Shown here piece after piece: positions 19,683 through 29,026 of a stretch of 64,000 bases of DNA. The stretch comes from Clostridiales bacterium PH28_bin88 (GTDB lineage: Bacteria > Bacillota > PH28-bin88). The stretch is from assembly GCA_000987045.1 (NCBI GenBank), contig LAKY01000054.1, positions 14,098 through 78,097 of the forward strand, given 5' to 3'. Position numbers and translations under genes: made by a program. The notes under the pieces were generated by a model. The model worked only from the letters and a program-made list of their open reading frames with translations, was not told the DNA's origin and searched no databases. Numbering within the stretch: the stretch's first letter is position 1; every line of letters starts with the position of its first letter.

Positions 19683-19763
19683 ATAAAAAACACCCCCAAG
19701 GCCGTTTGTCACCTGCCTTAAGGGGCGCCATTGCCCGTTGCGTGGGTTGCGTCATTGCAACCC
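19683..19763 (-). promoter_or_regulatory. ANTAR dual-hairpin antitermination leader of asnB
   Basis: Minus strand: GGGTTGC-AATGAC-GCAACCC, then GGGC-AATGGC-GCCC overlapping terminator GCGCCCCTTAAGGC...GCCTTGGGGGTGTTTTTT. Confidence 0.82.
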
Positions 19764-19838
19764 GCGGCGATAAGTTATTATTTTCAATCCATACTACGTT
19801 GCGAGGGAAAAAAATGTGAGTAGGCAGCGCGTTTTTTC

Positions 19839-20945
19839 CTAGCCTACCTCTTCCGCATAGGCGAGGATCCTTCGTAGGGTAGCGTCCCGGAGGGCATTGA
19901 TGGCTTCAAAATCCATATTCGGCACGTAGTATTCTTCCATCTCGTCGTGGGTCAGTTTAGCCCGGAGGATTAGGGAGACCGCCCGGTCGATGGCCTCCTG
20001 GTAGCGCCTTTTCGCGATGCCCATATCCTCCGTAAAGGAGGCCAGGGCTGAACTGCTGACGAATCTGGCGGTATGGATGACCGCGTCACTGTCCCTGGCC
20101 GGGTACCTGTGTGGACCCATACTGGAAATAACCGCGATGTCCAGGGAGGGAATGATCAGGTGCTCGATCCGGTCCGGCGCCAGCGCGCAATGGAAGGCTT
20201 CCACGTCATAACCATAGCCTACGGCGGTGTCATAAACCTTTTTAACAATGGTGCTCTTCCCGGTCCCATCGTCACCGGTGATGATGTACCTTTTTTGCAG
20301 GTGGTCGAAGAGGGTCTCGAAGTGGTTAACAAGCCCGCCTGGAGAAATTGCGCTGGCAAAAAGATGCCTCGCTCTAGCCTCCCTGAGTTGGGGGCCGTTG
20401 GAAAATATTTCGCTGACAAGGGTATTGGCCAGTGAATTTAATCCTACTACGTCCAAAGCGCGGCCGTCGATGTAGTAACTTTCTACCTCATCCAGTAATA
20501 TTTTTGCTTGAGCCAGATATCCGTAAGCCCGCCTGAATAGCCGTCCAACTTCCCTGTTTAGTTTCAGTATTTGCTCTTTATTAGCCCGCATCCCGGTTTC
20601 GTCCCAGTAGTCTCCCAGGTGGATTATCTCGTCAACCGCGCCAGGGTTTTTGGGGTCGACGATGTGAGGGGCTGTACCGTCGATCATCGCTACACCGATA
20701 GCGGGAATAACCACCCCATCCAGCGAGCCGTTATCAGAGGAGCAGCAGTGGTGCTCAAGGTCGAAACCCTTCTCCAACATGGCGTCTCCGATCACCCGCA
20801 TCAATGTGGATTTGCCCACTCCGGGACCTCCCTTGATGATCATAATCCTGCGGGCATCGGGCGGGATGATGTGCTCGTAAAAGGAATAGAAACCCACAGA
20901 TGTATTACCGCCGGGGAATACTTTTCTCAACCTTCCATTAGCCAT
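19839..20945 (-). CDS. PRK06851-family P-loop ATPase
   Basis: VFPGGNT, GGPGVGKST, DGTAPH, second Walker A GDDGTGKS. Confidence 0.85.
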   Translation of the reverse strand: MANGRLRKVFPGGNTSVGFYSFYEHIIPPDARRIMIIKGGPGVGKSTLMRVIGDAMLEKGFDLEHHCCSSDNGSLDGVVIPAIGVAMIDGTAPHIVDPKNPGAVDEIIHLGDYWDETGMRANKEQILKLNREVGRLFRRAYGYLAQAKILLDEVESYYIDGRALDVVGLNSLANTLVSEIFSNGPQLREARARHLFASAISPGGLVNHFETLFDHLQKRYIITGDDGTGKSTIVKKVYDTAVGYGYDVEAFHCALAPDRIEHLIIPSLDIAVISSMGPHRYPARDSDAVIHTARFVSSSALASFTEDMGIAKRRYQEAIDRAVSLILRAKLTHDEMEEYYVPNMDFEAINALRDATLRRILAYAEEVG

Positions 20946-21119
20946 TAGACTTCTCCCTCCCTCGTAATCGGTTTCAAGGTTTTTTTACAACACCATACTA
21001 TGCAAAGGGAAAGATAGTGTGAGGGAAACTCCCCTACATTTTTCCGCCCATACATGGTAAAATGTAGAGGAATTGTTGGCCTATCAGCAAAAGAGATTGC
21101 TTGGAAAGGAAGGATACCA

Positions 21120-22310
21120 ATGAACGACCAAGTCTATTCCCCTACCAGGACCCTGATGGGGCCGGGGCCCAGTGACGTGCACCCACGGGTGCTGCAAGCC
21201 ATGGCCAGCCCTGTGATCGGCCACCTGGACCCGGTTTTCCTGCAGATCATGAACGGGACCATGGATATGCTGAGAAAGGTATTTGGCACCGAGAACCAGT
21301 TAACCGTCCCCATGTCTGGAACCGGCAGTTCAGGTATGGAGACCTTGTTCGTCAACCTGATTGAACCTGGCGACAAGGTGGTGATCGGGGTCAACGGCCT
21401 TTTCGGGCAGCGGATGGTGGATGTGGCCGCGCGGGTGGGCGCCGAGGTGATCCAGGTTACAGCCCCGTGGGGGCAACCCTTGGACCCGGCGGAAATAGAG
21501 CAGGCGCTAAAACAGCACGGCCAGGTTAAGGCGGTAGGGGTGGTGCACGCGGAAACCTCCACGGGGGTCAGGCAGCCCCTTGAGCCTATCGGCGAGTTGG
21601 CCCACCGGTACGGGGCCTTGTTCCTGGTGGATGCGGTCACCTCCCTGGGGGGTATCCCGGTGGAAGTGGACCGGGTGGGCATTGACGCGTGCTATAGCGG
21701 TACCCAGAAGTGCCTGAGCGTGCCTCCCGGTCTATCGCCGGTCACCTTTAACCAGGAGGCGGTTAAGGTGCTGGGAGAAAGAAAGGGTATAGTACAGAGC
21801 TGGTACCTGGATCTGACCATGATCCAGAGATACTGGGGAGCAGAGCGCTTCTACCACCACACTGCGCCTATCTCCATGATTTATGCCCTGCGCGAAGGAC
21901 TGGCCCTGATACTGGAAGAAGGGCTGGAGCAGGTTTACGCCCGTCACAGGTTAAACGGGGAGGCTTTGCAGGCCGGCCTGATCGGCATGGGCCTAAAACT
22001 CCTGGTGGATGAGCAGTATCGCCTTCCCGAGCTGACCTCAGTCCTGGTGCCCGAGGAAGTGCAGGACGTCGAAGTTCGGAAGCGCTTGCTCCAGCTATAC
22101 AATATCGAGATTGGCGGTGGACTGGGTGAACTGAAAGGCAAGATCTGGCGGGTTGGCCTGATGGGGCACACCTGCCGCAGGAGGAATGTGCTAACCTTCT
22201 TGAGCGCCCTCGAGGATATCCTGATCCAGTTGGGTTACCGGACAGAAAACGGTTCCGGGATACGAGAGGCTCTCAGGGTGTACCAGGCAGCCGGGGGTGT
22301 AACAATCTAG
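21120..22310 (+). CDS. Alanine-glyoxylate/serine-pyruvate aminotransferase (class V)
   Basis: LMGPGPS, VHAETSTG, VDAVTS, GTQKCL, YHHT, WRVGLMG. Confidence 0.9.
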   Translation: MNDQVYSPTRTLMGPGPSDVHPRVLQAMASPVIGHLDPVFLQIMNGTMDMLRKVFGTENQLTVPMSGTGSSGMETLFVNLIEPGDKVVIGVNGLFGQRMVDVAARVGAEVIQVTAPWGQPLDPAEIEQALKQHGQVKAVGVVHAETSTGVRQPLEPIGELAHRYGALFLVDAVTSLGGIPVEVDRVGIDACYSGTQKCLSVPPGLSPVTFNQEAVKVLGERKGIVQSWYLDLTMIQRYWGAERFYHHTAPISMIYALREGLALILEEGLEQVYARHRLNGEALQAGLIGMGLKLLVDEQYRLPELTSVLVPEEVQDVEVRKRLLQLYNIEIGGGLGELKGKIWRVGLMGHTCRRRNVLTFLSALEDILIQLGYRTENGSGIREALRVYQAAGGVTI

Positions 22311-22335
22311 CGTTTACAGGACGAAGGTGCGGGTA

Positions 22336-22911
22336 ATGTACGGTTTACGGATACTGCTGGCTGACCCTGATCCCCATTCGCGGAAAAATTTAAAAGGCAT
22401 CCTTGGCCGGGCCGGACACCAGGTATTTGCGGAGGCCGGGGACGGGCGGATTGCCGCGCAGTTGGCTTTCAACCGGCAGCCCGACATGGTGATTCTGGAC
22501 GTCAACCTTCCGGTCCGGGATGGGTTGGAGGTGGCCCGGGTGCTGGAGGAACACCGGGTAGCTCCGGTGTTGCTGCTAATCGGTGGAGACTACTGGGAAG
22601 TGCTAGAGCGTGCCAAGGAAGCAGGAGTGTATGGATGCCTGGTTAAGCCTGTCAGCGAGGCAACTATCATCCCGGAGGTGGAAATAGCCTGGACCAACTT
22701 TCAGCGGATTCGCCGCCTGGAGGAGGAGAACCGGGAATTACGCGAGACCCTGGAAACCAGGAAACTGGTGGAGAAAGCCAAAGGTATCCTGATGGAGAAA
22801 AGGGGTATCACCGAGGGAGAGGCCTACCAGTTCATGCGAAAACTCAGTATGGACCGGTGCACCTCCCTGGGAAGGATAGCTAAAGCCGTGCTGAGGGGAG
22901 AGGTGATGTAG
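22336..22911 (+). CDS. ANTAR-domain response regulator 1
   Basis: Receiver (VILD, LVKP) + coiled coil + ANTAR LETRKLVEKAKGILM...AYQFMRKLSMD. Confidence 0.92.
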   Translation: MYGLRILLADPDPHSRKNLKGILGRAGHQVFAEAGDGRIAAQLAFNRQPDMVILDVNLPVRDGLEVARVLEEHRVAPVLLLIGGDYWEVLERAKEAGVYGCLVKPVSEATIIPEVEIAWTNFQRIRRLEEENRELRETLETRKLVEKAKGILMEKRGITEGEAYQFMRKLSMDRCTSLGRIAKAVLRGEVM

Positions 22912-22952
22912 GGGTCTTGGGGAAAGTATACAGTATTCCTTTTTTGCGAGTC

Positions 22953-23073
22953 TTGGATTGAACTGTCCCCTTTGGTATAATCTTAGGCAATAACGGAATA
23001 AGGTGTTAGGGCAATGGCGTCCTCCAACGCAGGTACTTTCTTTTATTACCTGTTTTTGGGGGCGCTTTTCTTT
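22953..23073 (+). promoter_or_regulatory. SigA promoter followed by ANTAR hairpin/terminator leader of GS paralog 1
   Basis: TTGGAT-17-TATAAT with extended TG; AGGGC-AATGGC-GTCCT (23008-23023) overlapping a terminator ending GGGGGCGCTTTTCTTT. Confidence 0.72.
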
Positions 23074-23160
23074 ATGTACAGGGTGCTGTGCGTTGTGGAT
23101 AATTTCCTGTGCGGGGTTTTTACATTCTCCTGGGTCTATCGCTAAAGGAGGAGAAAGATT

Positions 23161-24486
23161 ATGTATACGAAGGAAGATGTCCTGGCCAAGGCCAGGGAAT
23201 TTCACGTAAAGTTTCTCAGGCTGCAGTTTACCGACATCTTTGGCGTGTTAAAGAACATCGCTGTAACGGTAGAGGACCTGGAAAAGGCCCTGGCAGGGGA
23301 AATGATCTTCGACAGTTCGGTGGTGGAGGGCCAGGTACGAAACCGTGAGCGGGATATCGTATTGAAGCCGGACCCGACTACATTTGTTATCTTCCCCTGG
23401 CGCCCGCGGGAGGGGGCGGTGGCACGCCTGATCTGTGATGTAAATAACCCTGATGGGACACCTTATCCAGGTTGCCCGCGGAACGTGCTGAAGCAGGTGC
23501 TGGCGGAAACAGCCGGCATGGGGCTCACGGTGCGGGTGGGGTCGGAAGCCGAGTTTTACCTGTTCCATACCGATGAAAAGGGTAACCCCACCACCGACAC
23601 CCATGACCGGGCGGGTTTCTGTGACTTGACACCGGTGGACCTGGGGGAAAATGCACGGCGGGACATGGTGCTGACCCTGGAGGAGATGGGTTTCGAGATC
23701 GGTTCCAGCCACCATGAGTTGGGGCCCGGCCAGCACGAAATCGTGCTGAAGCACGATCATGCACTGGCTACCGCCGATAAGGTGATCACCTTCAAGTTTG
23801 TGGTACGAACTATCGCGCAACGCCACGGGCTGTATGCTTCCTTCATGCCCAAGCCCATTTGGGGCATGCCCGGCTCAGCCCTCCACTGGCACATCTCATT
23901 ATTTAGAAATGGGACCAACGCCCTGTACCACCCCGAGCGGCCACAGGGGTTGAGCCAAGAGGCTATGAGCTTTATTGCGGGTATACTGAACCATGCCCGG
24001 GCCAATACAGCCATTACCAACCCGATAGTCAACTCCTATAAAAGGCTGGTACCCAGCGACCTGGCGCCGGCCTACGTGGCATGGTCCGAACACAACCGCA
24101 ACTCGGTGATCCGGGTACCTGCCCACCGGGGTCAGGAGACCCGGGTGGAGGTCAGGAACCCCGACCCAACGTGTAACCCCTATTTGGCCCTGGCGGTGAT
24201 GATCAAGTCGGGCCTGGAGGGGATTGTCCAGGGAAGTACCCCGCCGGCCCCTGTAACCGATAATATCTTTCAGATGGACGACGGGCGCCGGGAGGCCCTA
24301 CAGGTGGCCTGCCTGCCGAGGCACTTGCACGAAGCACTGCAAGAACTGGCGGGAGACCACCTGGTTCGATCGACATTGGGCGAGTACATCTACCAGCGTT
24401 TTTCCGAGGCCAAGGAAGAAGAATGGGAGCGGTACCAGAATACGGTACATCCCTGGGAATTGAGAGAGTACTTGAGTACATTCTGA
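23161..24486 (+). CDS. Glutamine synthetase family protein (divergent active site)
   Basis: GSI-alpha fold motifs LQFTDI, EAEF, HHELGPGQHE, FMPKP, EVR; FDSS and PSDLAP substitutions. Confidence 0.88.
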   Translation: MYTKEDVLAKAREFHVKFLRLQFTDIFGVLKNIAVTVEDLEKALAGEMIFDSSVVEGQVRNRERDIVLKPDPTTFVIFPWRPREGAVARLICDVNNPDGTPYPGCPRNVLKQVLAETAGMGLTVRVGSEAEFYLFHTDEKGNPTTDTHDRAGFCDLTPVDLGENARRDMVLTLEEMGFEIGSSHHELGPGQHEIVLKHDHALATADKVITFKFVVRTIAQRHGLYASFMPKPIWGMPGSALHWHISLFRNGTNALYHPERPQGLSQEAMSFIAGILNHARANTAITNPIVNSYKRLVPSDLAPAYVAWSEHNRNSVIRVPAHRGQETRVEVRNPDPTCNPYLALAVMIKSGLEGIVQGSTPPAPVTDNIFQMDDGRREALQVACLPRHLHEALQELAGDHLVRSTLGEYIYQRFSEAKEEEWERYQNTVHPWELREYLSTF

Positions 24487-24566
24487 GTTCTTCAATTACT
24501 TCTTAAGGGAGGTGAGGTAAGCGGGTAGGTTTTAGGTTGCTAGTCACCGGTGAAGTGTAGAGTAGC

Positions 24567-24619
24567 AAAAGAAAAAGAGAGAAAGAAAAAAGAGAGAAAG
24601 AAAAAAGAGAGAAAGAAAA
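24567..24619 (+). repeat. Purine-only 15-bp tandem repeat (about 3 copies)
   Basis: GAGAGAAAGAAAAAA at 24577, 24592 and 24607 (partial). Confidence 0.85.
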
Positions 24620-24652
24620 TTCCCGAGAGGAAAAACAGGAGGATGGTAGAAA

Positions 24653-26230
24653 ATGACTTATAGTGTAGGCATTAACGCCACGGAGGCAACTCTTACCAGG
24701 CACCGCCTGAAGAACGATTTTGCCCCGTACAGCGGCATGTGTGTAACCTGCCTGGATGGCTGCCCCGGCATGTGTGAGGTAGGCAAGTCGGCTGTTCGCG
24801 GCAAAGAGGTTCTCTACCCGCAGCCCTTCGGCAAGACGACCTCTGCTTCCCAGAAGGATTATCCTGTGGACTACTCCCATTTCAACATCATGGGTACCGC
24901 CGTAGGCGCCCACGGCATTGAGGCGGACAGCAACAAGGCCATTTTCCCGGCTGTCAACCTGGAGACCGAGATTGGCGCTACCAATAAAATCAAGGTGCGC
25001 CTGCCTATCGTGATCGCTGCCATGGGTTCCACCAATGTGGCGGCGGATAACTGGGATCACCTGGCGGTTGGCGCCGCCGTTTCCGGTGTGGGTATTGCTA
25101 TCGGGGAAAATGTTTGTGCCATGGATCCTAACTCCGAGATTAAGAACGGTCGGGTGATCAAGTCCCCCAACCTGGAAAAAAGGGTGAAGGTGTTCCAGGA
25201 CTGGTACAACGGCTATGGATTTATTGCCGTGCAGGCCAACGTGGAAGATACCAACCTGGGCGTGCAGGAATACGCCCTGGAGAAGCTGGGTGTGGAAGCG
25301 GTCGAGATCAAGTGGGGCCAGGGCGCCAAGGACATCGGCGGTGAAGTGAAGCTGAATACCCTGGAACGCGCTCTCCAGCTCAAGAGCCGCGGCTATATCG
25401 TGCTGCCCGACCCGGAAGATCCGCGGGTACAGGCTGCCTTTAAAGCGGGGGCTTTCTCCGAGTTTGAACGCCATTCCCGTATCGGCATGGTTACAGAGGA
25501 ATCCTTCCATGCCCGGGTAGCGGAACTCCGTAAGGCCGGGGCCAAGTACGTATTTCTCAAAACCGGTGCTTACCGGCCGGCAGACCTGGCCAGGGCGGTC
25601 AAGTTCGCCTCCGATGCCAAGATTGACCTCCTCACGGTGGACGGCGCGGGCGGCGGTACCGGCATGAGCCCATGGCGCATGATGAACGAGTGGGGTGTGC
25701 CTACTGTCTACATCCAGGGGCTTTTGACCAAGTACCTGGACCGGTTGGCTGCTAAGGGCGCTTTCGTTCCCAGTGTTGCCATTGCCGGCGGTTTTGCCCT
25801 GGAAGACCACATGTTCAAGGGTCTGGCCATGAGCGCGCCGCACGTGAAGCTGATCGGTATGGCGAGGGCTCCCCTGGCGGCTGCCATGGTGGGCAAGGTA
25901 GTAGGTGAGAAATTAAAAGAGGGCGCTGCACCCGCCGAGTACAAGAAGTACGGGGAGAACCTCGAGCAGGTGTTTATCCTGGCGGATGAACTGAAGGGTA
26001 AGTTGGGGGCGGACTTTGACCGCTTACCGGTTGGGGCCATCGGTGTTTATACCTACTTCGAACGGCTGGCCCAGGGACTCAAGCAGTTCATGTGCGGGGC
26101 CCGCAAGTTCAGCCTGGAATACATTACCCGGGATGATCTAGCTGCCCTCACCAAGGAAGCGGCAGACATCACAGGCATTCAGTACATCATGGACGCGGAT
26201 CACGAAGAAGCAGAGAGAATCTTGGGATAG
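24653..26230 (+). CDS. FMN-binding glutamate synthase family protein
   Basis: EIKWGQGAKDIGGE, VDGAGGGTG, IAGG; N-terminal CxxCxxxCxxxC. Confidence 0.88.
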   Translation: MTYSVGINATEATLTRHRLKNDFAPYSGMCVTCLDGCPGMCEVGKSAVRGKEVLYPQPFGKTTSASQKDYPVDYSHFNIMGTAVGAHGIEADSNKAIFPAVNLETEIGATNKIKVRLPIVIAAMGSTNVAADNWDHLAVGAAVSGVGIAIGENVCAMDPNSEIKNGRVIKSPNLEKRVKVFQDWYNGYGFIAVQANVEDTNLGVQEYALEKLGVEAVEIKWGQGAKDIGGEVKLNTLERALQLKSRGYIVLPDPEDPRVQAAFKAGAFSEFERHSRIGMVTEESFHARVAELRKAGAKYVFLKTGAYRPADLARAVKFASDAKIDLLTVDGAGGGTGMSPWRMMNEWGVPTVYIQGLLTKYLDRLAAKGAFVPSVAIAGGFALEDHMFKGLAMSAPHVKLIGMARAPLAAAMVGKVVGEKLKEGAAPAEYKKYGENLEQVFILADELKGKLGADFDRLPVGAIGVYTYFERLAQGLKQFMCGARKFSLEYITRDDLAALTKEAADITGIQYIMDADHEEAERILG

Positions 26231-26233
26231 TCT

Positions 26234-26266
26234 CCTTGGGGTGCCCGGTAACGGGCACCCCAAGTT
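26234..26266 (+). terminator. Stem-loop terminator
   Basis: CTTGGGGTGCCCG-GTAA-CGGGCACCCCAAG. Confidence 0.7.
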
Positions 26267-26390
26267 ATTAAGGCCCATGGTAGTAATTTTTTTTGGCTTA
26301 AAGCGCAAACTTATGCTATAATTACCCTATGCTGAATCGTACAAACTTGTTCTTCTAGCAGTATAGGGGAAGTGAGGGGAATTATCCGGC

Positions 26391-27725
26391 ATGAGCAAGT
26401 TGACCGCGGAAGATGTCCGCATCATGGTGAAGGAACTGGGCGTCAAGTTTATTCGTTTACAGTTTACCGATATCCTGGGTGTACTGAAAAACGTGGCCAT
26501 CACCGTTGACCAACTGGAAAAAGCGCTAAATAACGAATTGATGTTTGACGGCTCCTCTATCGAAGGCTTCGTGCGCATCGAGGAATCCGACATGTACCTG
26601 CGGCCCGACCCCTCAACCTTTGTGGTATTTCCCTGGCGGGCCAAGGAAAATGGCGCGGTGGCGAGGATGATGTGCGACATTTATAATCCCGATGGTACGC
26701 CCTTTGCCGGGTGCCCCCGCTGCAACCTGCAGCGGGTGATGGGCGAGGCGGCACAGTTGGGCTACACCATGAATGTGGGCCCTGAGGCGGAGTTTTTCCT
26801 CTTTCACACTGACGCTGAAGGGAAGGCCACCACGATCACTCATGATCGGGCCGGTTACTTCGACATGACGCCGGTGGACCTTGGGGAAAACGCCAGGCGG
26901 GATATGGTGCTCACCCTTGAAGATATGGGGTTTGAAGTGGAAGCCTCCCACCACGAGGTGGCTCCAGGTCAACACGAGATCGATTTTAAGTATTCCGATG
27001 CTCTGGACATCGCCGATAAAATCGTTACCTTTAAATTTGTGGTACGTACTATCGCTCAACGCCACGGATTGCATGCCACTTTCATGCCCAAGCCCATTTT
27101 CGGTATCCCCGGGTCCGGCATGCACCTCAATCAGTCCTTGGTCAAAAACGGTGAGAACGCCTTTTTTGACCCCGGTAATCCCGAACAGCTCAGCGAAATA
27201 GCCCGTTACTATGTAGGTGGCCTAATGAAGCACGCCCGGGCGCTAACGGCGGTCGTCAACCCAACCGTTAACTCGTATAAGCGGCTGGTGTCCGGATTTG
27301 AGGCTCCCGTGTACATCGCCTGGTCGGCACGGAACCGGAGCCCCCTTATCCGTATACCGGCCAAGCGGGGCCAGTCCACCCGTATAGAGTTCCGCAGCCC
27401 TGACCCATCCTGCAACCCGTATTTCGCCCTGGCAGCCTGCCTGGCGGCAGGTCTGGACGGCATCAAGAACCGGATTGAGCCACCGTCTACCTGTGACCGC
27501 AACATCTATGAGATGACCCCTAAAGAGAGGGAAGAAATAGGTATCGGAACCCTCCCTGAGTCTTTACAGGAGGCGTTGCAGGAACTCTCCCGGGACGAGG
27601 TAGTCAAGGGTGCGCTTGGGGAGCATGCTTACCACCGGTTCATGGAGGCGAAGCAGATCGAGTGGGACCGCTACCGGATGCAGGTGCATGACTGGGAATT
27701 GCAGGAATACCTTACGAAATTCTAG
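26391..27725 (+). CDS. glnA: Type I glutamine synthetase (paralog 2)
   Basis: [44 protein letters not shown]. Confidence 0.93.
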   Translation: MSKLTAEDVRIMVKELGVKFIRLQFTDILGVLKNVAITVDQLEKALNNELMFDGSSIEGFVRIEESDMYLRPDPSTFVVFPWRAKENGAVARMMCDIYNPDGTPFAGCPRCNLQRVMGEAAQLGYTMNVGPEAEFFLFHTDAEGKATTITHDRAGYFDMTPVDLGENARRDMVLTLEDMGFEVEASHHEVAPGQHEIDFKYSDALDIADKIVTFKFVVRTIAQRHGLHATFMPKPIFGIPGSGMHLNQSLVKNGENAFFDPGNPEQLSEIARYYVGGLMKHARALTAVVNPTVNSYKRLVSGFEAPVYIAWSARNRSPLIRIPAKRGQSTRIEFRSPDPSCNPYFALAACLAAGLDGIKNRIEPPSTCDRNIYEMTPKEREEIGIGTLPESLQEALQELSRDEVVKGALGEHAYHRFMEAKQIEWDRYRMQVHDWELQEYLTKF

Positions 27726-27797
27726 CGCTTTAAGTAGAAGCATATCGAAAACAACGTCACCTGCCTTATGTATACAATATTTTGCTAGGAAGTAGTA

Positions 27798-27912
27798 TTG
27801 AGTTTGCATTTCCCCTCTGGTACAATAAGAAATAATTAGCTTGTCAATCCGCATTACCATGTGGGCAACGGCGTCCTCTGGTGCGAGTCCGTACTCGTCG
27901 GGGGGCGCCTTC
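27798..27912 (+). promoter_or_regulatory. SigA promoter and ANTAR hairpin leader of ANTAR regulator 2
   Basis: TTGAGT-17-TACAAT; GGGC-AACGGC-GTCC (27863-27876) overlapping a long hairpin ending GGGGGGCGCCTT. Confidence 0.65.
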
Positions 27913-27990
27913 ACGTTCTGCAGTGGCACAGATGGGCATAATATTGGCGTAGCTGCAGGAATCATACTTGGCATGGTTAGGGGTGGCCTG

Positions 27991-28575
27991 ATGTTAGGCA
28001 CAAAAATATTTGTGGCCAGTGGCGATGAGACCATTCGCCGCACCCTTAAAAGTATTTTGACCAAGGAAGGGTATCACGTAGTGGGCGAAGGAGAAGACGG
28101 GGCCGGTACCCTGCGGGGGGTCCGGTCAGTGATCCCTGACCTCGTGATCCTGGATGCGGACATACCGGGAACTAGCGGTATGGAGGTGGCCAAGATCCTG
28201 GAAGAGGATCGCTTGGCCCCCATTATCCTTTTAACTTCAACCTGGCAAAAAGAACTGGTACAAAAGGCTAAAGAGTTCTGGGTGCTCTCTTTTGTGGTTA
28301 AGCCCATCTCCGATACCATCTTACTCCCGGCGGTAGAGTCCGCCTTGGCCACCTTCCACCGGGTACGTAACCTGGAGAAGGAAGTAGCCAAACTGAAGGA
28401 CACCCTGGAGAGCAGGAAATTGGTGGAGAAAGCAAAAGGGATCCTGATGCAAAATCTCGGTCTTTCCGAGGCCCAGGCCTTCCGGCGCATCCAACAGCAG
28501 AGCATGAACAAGTCCATGACCATGAAGGCGGTGGCAGAGGCCATCATCCTCGCCTTCGAGATGCAGAAAAAATAA
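27991..28575 (+). CDS. ANTAR-domain response regulator 2
   Basis: Receiver (LVILD, LLTS, VVKP) + ANTAR LESRKLVEKAKGILM...AFRRIQQQSM; RBS AGGGGTGG before ATG 27991. Confidence 0.92.
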   Translation: MLGTKIFVASGDETIRRTLKSILTKEGYHVVGEGEDGAGTLRGVRSVIPDLVILDADIPGTSGMEVAKILEEDRLAPIILLTSTWQKELVQKAKEFWVLSFVVKPISDTILLPAVESALATFHRVRNLEKEVAKLKDTLESRKLVEKAKGILMQNLGLSEAQAFRRIQQQSMNKSMTMKAVAEAIILAFEMQKK

Positions 28576-28624
28576 CCCCGAACCTTCCTCCTCGGAAGAG
28601 TTCGGGGTTTTGTTCCTGGGGTGG

Positions 28625-28720
28625 GTACAGCATATTTCCCGGGACGACATCGCCGCCCTTACCCGGGAGGCGGCAGAGGCCAGCGGAATTACCTATGTCA
28701 TGGATATAGAAGGACGGAGG
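28625..28720 (+). pseudogene. 3' remnant of a second FMN-binding glutamate synthase family gene
   Basis: HISRDDIAALTREAAEASGITYVMD aligns with YITRDDLAALTKEAADITGIQYIMD at the C-terminus of 24653-26230. Confidence 0.75.
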
Positions 28721-28885
28721 TTGACCAGATCCTTGGTTGAACAACAATGGCAGGATCAGGCAAGGAAGAATCAAGCATCCTGTATACTTGACGGGATAGC
28801 CTTGCGGCTATTCCGCCCTTGTGTTAAAATTACACTAATATTTTTAAAGGTGAATACCGGCCGGGTACGAAGAAGTACCTGCGTT

Positions 28886-28974
28886 GAGGGCAATGGGGCC
28901 TTCAGAATTTCGGACAACGGCGTCCTACGTTACGGGTGCGGAACACACCTGTAGTGGGGCGTTTTTTGTTTTTT
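28886..28974 (+). promoter_or_regulatory. ANTAR dual-hairpin antitermination leader of glnA paralog 3
   Basis: GAGGGC-AATGGG-GCCTTC (28886-28903) and GGAC-AACGGC-GTCC (28912-28925), the latter overlapping a terminator ending GTGGGGCGTTTTTTG. Confidence 0.85.
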
Positions 28975-29026
28975 CGAAATAATCCTGGGGTACCGGGTCG
29001 GGATTAGCACAAGGGGGTTTTGTAAA

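Noticed and set aside
24503-25843. Long antisense ORFs (also 28925-29866, 12287-13027, 40605-41423, 51751-52560)
   Set aside because: Shadow frames of GC-rich genes, with no recognisable motifs.
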